Shown one piece after another: positions 58,898-64,000 of a DNA stretch of 64,000 nt (within the stretch, counting starts at the first letter, position 1; the number at the start of each line of letters is the position of its first letter). The position numbers and the translations under genes were made by a program. The notes under the pieces are model-generated. The model was not told the origin of the DNA. It saw only the letters and a list, made by a program, of their open reading frames with translations, and ran no database searches. The DNA is taken from contig JBMNIH010000004.1 in the NCBI GenBank assembly GCA_050950825.1, positions 576,001-640,000 of the forward strand, in the 5' to 3' direction. This stretch comes from Clostridia bacterium (GTDB lineage: Bacteria > Bacillota > Clostridia > JAAYHZ01).

Positions 58898-60025
58898 TCA
58901 TTCGGTTTTGTTGTTGAACAAAAATTCCGTGTACACATGGTCGGTAACCGGGTAATCAAAGCAATCTTCGTCGTTGAAATGCCACCATTCGTATTCGTAT
59001 TTGACAAAACCGCACTGCAGCATGATTTCCGTCATATAGTCCATATTCCGCCTTGCTTCTTGGGACATATTCGGATTGCTTCGTGATGCGGTGCTGTCGA
59101 AGGTGTGCATCGGAGAGGGCATTTCCACTTCTTTTCCCGTACTGTCTGCCAAGGAAATATCTACGGCGGAGCCTCGGTTGTGTCTTGACGGATTGTTCAC
59201 CGGATCGGCAATATAGATGGGATTTTTCACGATCTCGAACAATTTGACGGAAACGGAATACGGCCGATAAGCATCGTATACGATAATGGAGTAGCCGTCT
59301 TTTTGAAACAACGCTTGGGCCGCTTTTAGTTTTTCCGCCGTGCCCTTTTGTATCATACAAAGGTTCAGAGGATACAACACTTCTCCGGTAAAATTCTCTT
59401 CCGTAGCAAAGACAACCTTTGTCTTAATGGTCGGGTCTACGGTGCGTAAATCCACCAATTGGTCCAAAAGATTCGCCTCTTCTTTCTTTTCATTGGTGGA
59501 TTTGACGTATTGGGATTTTACGTGAGCGTATAGCTCCATGGAATAAGGTTCTACGGACCGATCAATGATGACGTAATCTTTGGATACATAACACTCCAGC
59601 CCTAAAAAATCCATCATGTAGAAATTACCGCTTTCTCCGATTAATGTGATAACGGTGTCGTGTTCCAAGCGACCCTTAACGGGATAGCCGGTACCGGGAC
59701 CTGAGCGAATATTAAGCCAATCGAATTGGTTGCTCAGCTTGACTTTACCGCAAACGGGGAAAGTGATTTTTTCCGGAACCGTCGGAGGAACGGTTGTAAC
59801 TTCTTCGGTTACAGCGACGGTTGTAACTTCCGTTGTTTCCCGAGGGACGGTAGATTCTTCTTGTTCTACGGGTGACAATAGAGTATCGGTAATTTCATCG
59901 ACCAAACTGCATGAAACGAATAGGGCGCAGCAGCAAAAGATCAGAAATGCCGCAACGGCACCTTTTAAGGGAACACGCAAGATCATGTGTTTGAACCGCA
60001 TATAACCGGTCGCCATGGCACTCAT
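58898..60025 (-). CDS. SH3 plus M15D (VanX-like) D-Ala-D-Ala peptidase lipoprotein
   Basis: Lipobox FVSC; LNIRSGPGT (SH3b); YDAYRP, SRHNRGSAVD, EWWHF. Confidence 0.85.
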   Translation of the reverse strand: MSAMATGYMRFKHMILRVPLKGAVAAFLIFCCCALFVSCSLVDEITDTLLSPVEQEESTVPRETTEVTTVAVTEEVTTVPPTVPEKITFPVCGKVKLSNQFDWLNIRSGPGTGYPVKGRLEHDTVITLIGESGNFYMMDFLGLECYVSKDYVIIDRSVEPYSMELYAHVKSQYVKSTNEKKEEANLLDQLVDLRTVDPTIKTKVVFATEENFTGEVLYPLNLCMIQKGTAEKLKAAQALFQKDGYSIIVYDAYRPYSVSVKLFEIVKNPIYIADPVNNPSRHNRGSAVDISLADSTGKEVEMPSPMHTFDSTASRSNPNMSQEARRNMDYMTEIMLQCGFVKYEYEWWHFNDEDCFDYPVTDHVYTEFLFNNKTE

Positions 60026-60050
60026 CTTCCTTCCTCTCTTCTTGTTGATA

Positions 60051-61358
60051 TTAATAAACGGAATCGGGATTAAACGGGTCGGTGGGGTCTTTTGTCATGT
60101 ACACATCGTCCACCGTAGGAGGTTTTTCCGAAACGGTACCCCTTGGTGAACCGTTCACAATTTCCACCGGCGTTCCTATAGGGCAATAGGAATAGACCCA
60201 ATATGCGGCGTAGGATGTGGTTCTCAAGCATCCCGCCGTCGCGTTGGTTCCGATTTCGTTATATAACGAAACCAACATGGTTTCCGTATCCGGCAAGCTG
60301 AAAATGGGGGAGTGGATGTATAGATTTCCATAGTAAGCCGTAGCGTATTGCGCATAACCGCCGTTGTAGGGAAACTCATGCCATCTCTCTTTTTTATACA
60401 CGGCAAAATTACCGACGGGAGTTCGCCCGGCCGTCCGGCCTACCGCCGTCCGGAACGCTTTTACCGGAACGGTATATTCGCCGTTTTCATCCTTTTTGTA
60501 AACGGTCAGCGTAAAGGAGCCCTTTTCAAGATACAGGCTGTACGGAAGCTCTCCTTCTTTTTCAAGCTCTTCCAAGGTTCGATACAAAGGATCCGTAGGA
60601 TCCGTAAATACGTATTCCGGGTTTAATTCCGGAAGAGGGTCCGATACGATTTGCTTCGGGCTTCCTTCTACAATATGCAAAAGAGTGTTCTCGCTGCTGT
60701 TTTGCATAATCCAATACGCGGTTCCTGCCGTCGTTAAAATATTACCCTTTGTTGACGGCTGACCTAAGCCCAGGTAAGATTTTCGAACCAAGGTATTCCG
60801 GTCTTGGGTTTCGTAAAGGGAGGAGCTGATGATAACCCCTCGATCCCAGAGGGTAGCGTATTGTACATACCCGTCCGATTCCATTTCAAGCCAATCCTTG
60901 CGTTCCTTGATGTGAAAAATCCCGACGGGAGTAGATCCTCCCAATCCTGCGGATACGGGGGAACAATGAATGACTTTGTCGAAGCTTTCGGCTCCGGATT
61001 TTTCATATATCGTTAAAGTTCCGCTTCCAAGCTCGATGTAAATATAATAGTTGAAATTACCGTCCTTCAGTATTTGCTCCACGTTGGTTTGCGGAACCGT
61101 AACGGGAATCGAGGTTTTCGGTTCCGTTTCTTCCTTTACCACGGTACTTTCCGTCACTTTTTGGGCGGAGGTTGTCGTCTCTATATTCTCTATATGATTA
61201 CTTGTCGTGTTGCCTTCGCTATTTTTCGTTTCCTGCTCTTCCGTGTATCCTTGATGATCCGGACTTCCGATTTTTGCCGCTGCAACAATGGCGACAATAA
61301 GCACAAGAGTGATAATAACCAGGGTGGAAAATTTCAATTTCATAACTCGTTCATCCAA
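60051..61358 (-). CDS. Membrane-anchored L,D-transpeptidase with two YkuD domains
   Basis: Two TP.G.F repeats; domain 2 has IHS...TAGCLR; domain 1 has ISSS...TKGNIL; start may be ATG 61343. Confidence 0.85.
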   Translation of the reverse strand: MDERVMKLKFSTLVIITLVLIVAIVAAAKIGSPDHQGYTEEQETKNSEGNTTSNHIENIETTTSAQKVTESTVVKEETEPKTSIPVTVPQTNVEQILKDGNFNYYIYIELGSGTLTIYEKSGAESFDKVIHCSPVSAGLGGSTPVGIFHIKERKDWLEMESDGYVQYATLWDRGVIISSSLYETQDRNTLVRKSYLGLGQPSTKGNILTTAGTAYWIMQNSSENTLLHIVEGSPKQIVSDPLPELNPEYVFTDPTDPLYRTLEELEKEGELPYSLYLEKGSFTLTVYKKDENGEYTVPVKAFRTAVGRTAGRTPVGNFAVYKKERWHEFPYNGGYAQYATAYYGNLYIHSPIFSLPDTETMLVSLYNEIGTNATAGCLRTTSYAAYWVYSYCPIGTPVEIVNGSPRGTVSEKPPTVDDVYMTKDPTDPFNPDSVY

Positions 61359-61582
61359 TCCATAACGATTCGTTACATAACCGATTCATAATACGAAATT
61401 ATTGTAACATATTTTAGACGAATCGGTTGAGAAAACGGTTCTATCTTTTCGTCGTTTTTTTATCTTTATGATACTTTTTCCAAAACAAATGATTTGTAAC
61501 TCGTCTTTATGTATAATATAGGCATGGATAAACAATCGGAGAGACAGAACCGAGAAACGTTTAATAAAAAGGAGTTTGTACC

Positions 61583-63241
61583 GTGAAAAGTCATTTCGAT
61601 AAAATCACAAAAATCGGAGATATTACGATCAATCGTTTATTGAAAACCCAGTGTATGGATGAGAACCATCCGGAGTACGGAGGCTTTATCGTTGAGGGAA
61701 AAGGCTTTAGCGAACCTGCGTGGGTGATCCGCAATGCATGCTACTATATCGCCCAATATTATAACGAAAAATCAAAATATTACAAAAATCCTTTGTTGTT
61801 GGACCGGGCGAAAAAAGCCCTTTTATATACCGTATCCCGACAATACGAAGACGGAACCATTGACTTGTTGGAGACGAATTTTCATGACGCAACCGCCGTA
61901 GCCTTTGTCATACAGCAGGCCGCATACGCCTATCGGGTAATGGAAAAGTATTCGGAAAAAAGCTCGGAAGAAACCTTTATCATGGATACCCTTTACGACT
62001 TTTTTGAAAAAAGCGCTTACGGCATTAAAAACGGCGGCTTCCATACGCCGAACCACCGATGGGTCATGTGCTCCGCCTTGGCTTTATTGATCAACATCCT
62101 TAATCGCAAGGACCTCTACGACGAAATCATCTTGTACCTTCGGGAAGGCATCGACTGTAACGAATACGGAGAGTATTCCGAAAGATCCGCAGGCACCTAC
62201 AACGAGATTAACAATCGCAGCCTGATTATTATGGCCGGAGAGCTTCATATGCCGGGTCTTTATGAATATGTGAAAAGAAATCTCTATTTAATGATGACCT
62301 ATATCGAACCGGACGGCACGGTTTGCACCTTAAATTCCCGCAGACAAGATTTCGGTACCGTGGTTTATCCTTCTGTCTACTACGAAAACTATTTGTTAAT
62401 GGCGCACCTGACGAAGAATAAACACTTTGCCTATATGGCGGATCAATTGCTTTCCATGCATCATGACGAGGAACTGGACAGGGGAGATTTATCCGCTTTC
62501 GGCTTTCCTTTTATGGCTTTACGGTATATGGCGGATGACTTTTTACGGGAAAACGAATGCGAAAAAGAGCCTTTCGATACGGAGCATTATCATAAATTCT
62601 ATGAATCGTCGAATATCGTAAGAATCCGGGACAAGGATCGGTCCCTTACGATTTTAGGAGGCCAAGAAGCCTTTTTGAAGTTTCAGAAAGGACATAACTA
62701 TACGATTTTGAGAATCGCCGCCTCTTATTTCGGACCGAAGGGAAGGTTTCTGCCGAAATTAGAAAAAACGGAAAGCGGCTATCGTTTGTCCTATGAATGC
62801 GAGTGGGGATATGTGAGGCCTTTAGGCAAGGTCAAAGGAAGCTTAAAGGACGGAAAAATCGATTGGGAATTTCGAGAAAAGGTGCATACCATGACTTGGA
62901 CAATGACGGTGGATGTATCCTACGAGGACGGAGAAGTAAAGCTTCAGACGGAATCCTCGAACATCAACCGCTTACCTTTTAAAATCGACCTTCTATTCCC
63001 GGCAGAAGGGACGCTGGAGCACGATTCTTTTTCCGTAAAAGGTACGAAAGGCTCGTATATGATTGTAAAGAAAGGATCCTTCGAATACCGATACCAAGAT
63101 GATCGTATAACGGTAGAAGGCGCTTTCGGGGAGCATGAATACACAAAAGAAATGAGAGGCGCTCCTCCTATGGAAGAAAAACGCTTCACCGTGAACTTTA
63201 CCGGTTTTTCGCCGGCGAAAAAAACGATACGGATTCGATGA
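61583..63241 (+). CDS. Conserved hypothetical protein, probable (alpha/alpha)-toroid lyase-like fold
   Basis: GGFHTPNHRW, GEYSERSAGTYN and SRRQD motifs; no signal peptide. Confidence 0.55.
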   Translation: MKSHFDKITKIGDITINRLLKTQCMDENHPEYGGFIVEGKGFSEPAWVIRNACYYIAQYYNEKSKYYKNPLLLDRAKKALLYTVSRQYEDGTIDLLETNFHDATAVAFVIQQAAYAYRVMEKYSEKSSEETFIMDTLYDFFEKSAYGIKNGGFHTPNHRWVMCSALALLINILNRKDLYDEIILYLREGIDCNEYGEYSERSAGTYNEINNRSLIIMAGELHMPGLYEYVKRNLYLMMTYIEPDGTVCTLNSRRQDFGTVVYPSVYYENYLLMAHLTKNKHFAYMADQLLSMHHDEELDRGDLSAFGFPFMALRYMADDFLRENECEKEPFDTEHYHKFYESSNIVRIRDKDRSLTILGGQEAFLKFQKGHNYTILRIAASYFGPKGRFLPKLEKTESGYRLSYECEWGYVRPLGKVKGSLKDGKIDWEFREKVHTMTWTMTVDVSYEDGEVKLQTESSNINRLPFKIDLLFPAEGTLEHDSFSVKGTKGSYMIVKKGSFEYRYQDDRITVEGAFGEHEYTKEMRGAPPMEEKRFTVNFTGFSPAKKTIRIR

Positions 63242-63537
63242 GGAATAAAGGATTTATGACGGAAGAGCAAATTCTGCACTATGCGAAAATGGCGAGAATT
63301 TCTTTAACCTCGAAAGAAACAAAGGCTTTGACCGATGAAATCAATCGGATGATAATGTCCTTTGAGAAGCTTCAAGATTTGGTTACCGATTTTCCCGTAC
63401 CGGAAGAAAGAACCGGTCTGAGGTTCGAGGCATTAAGAGAAGACAAAACGGAAAAAAGGTTTCATAGAGAGGCTCTTTTAAAGAGCACACCTTCCGTAGA
63501 GAACCATTCTGTGAAAGTGCCGAGTGCGTTAGAATAG
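63238..63537 (+). CDS. gatC: Asp/Glu-tRNA amidotransferase subunit C (divergent)
   Basis: HYAKMARI, LRED and VKVP motifs; upstream of a gatA-like gene. Confidence 0.8.
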   Translation: MRNKGFMTEEQILHYAKMARISLTSKETKALTDEINRMIMSFEKLQDLVTDFPVPEERTGLRFEALREDKTEKRFHREALLKSTPSVENHSVKVPSALE

Positions 63538-63545
63538 GTGGCGAG

Positions 63546-64000
63546 ATGACCCTTTCCAACATGTCCGTAAAGCAAATCGGGGACAAGCTAAAGAAAAAAG
63601 AAATATCTGCCGTTGAACTTACGAAAGTCTATTTGGGTCGCATCAAAAAAGAAGATCCGAAAAAGGAATGCTTCGTGACCCTTTGGGAGGATAAGGCTTT
63701 GCGGCAGGCGGAGACTTTTCAAAAAAAACAGGATAAAAACGGCCTCTTGTCTTTTTTGGCAGGTATACCTTGCGGTTTGCAGGATCATATTTGTACCGAA
63801 AACCTTTCCACGGAAGCCGGATCCGTAATACTGAAAAATTTCATTCCTCCGTACAACGCAACGGTTGTAGAAAAAATACTGGACAGGCTCGGCATTCCTT
63901 TAGGAAAGCTTCGCATGAGCGAATTCGGTATGAATCCGGACCCGATACAGTGCGGTGCCGCGCAATCCGTTTCCAAAGGATGGACGGTGTATTCTTTGGG
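63546..64000 (+). CDS. gatA: GatA-like amidase-family subunit, degenerate (runs off window)
   Basis: Manual translation: MTLSNMSVKQIGDKLKKKEISAVELTKVYLGRI...LAGIPCGLQDHICT...GSVILKNFIPPYNATVVEK...LGKLRMSEFGM. Confidence 0.8.
   Translation, partial: MTLSNMSVKQIGDKLKKKEISAVELTKVYLGRIKKEDPKKECFVTLWEDKALRQAETFQKKQDKNGLLSFLAGIPCGLQDHICTENLSTEAGSVILKNFIPPYNATVVEKILDRLGIPLGKLRMSEFGMNPDPIQCGAAQSVSKGWTVYSL

Noticed and set aside
1-64000. Numerous 60-190 aa antisense or nested ORFs in the track
   Set aside because: They lie within well-supported genes and lack SD sequences and recognisable motifs
1-64000. rRNA, tRNA, tmRNA, IS elements, integrases, defence systems
   Set aside because: No recognisable signatures by eye; tRNAscan-SE, Infernal and DefenseFinder would be needed to exclude them formally

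Overview
Chromosomal 64-kb window from a monoderm Firmicute (Clostridia-like gene content; inference). No rRNA, tRNA, CRISPR array, prophage or transposase is recognisable. In order: 5' part of smpB; the stp-pknB-rsgA-rpe-thiN block with DUF58/membrane genes appended; a Cof-type HAD behind an attenuator-like leader; a heparinase II/III-like lipoprotein; an aminotransferase; an amidohydrolase pair with an M20 peptidase; a ydjGHI-like SPFH/Zn-ribbon/TPM module; a MacB-type ABC pair; a decayed 1.9-kb islet between diverged direct repeats; a complete 10-gene Tad/Flp pilus operon; URO-D-like genes, trxA and glycan-catabolic genes; tyrA-aroF; ygiQ; an MBOAT/AlgX cluster; an SH3-VanX-like peptidase with a tandem L,D-transpeptidase; and gatC with a degenerate gatA. 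The best candidate for an undescribed system is the Tad operon (25676-37049). One of its TadE minor pilins carries a C-terminal domain resembling the CdiA-CT EC869-type DNase fold, with altered catalytic residues and no immunity gene. The operon also encodes a ~1000-aa TadG/DUF5702-like pilin and a pseudokinase-like/2TM/FHA protein. Family calls are from motif recognition and memory; no database searches were run.
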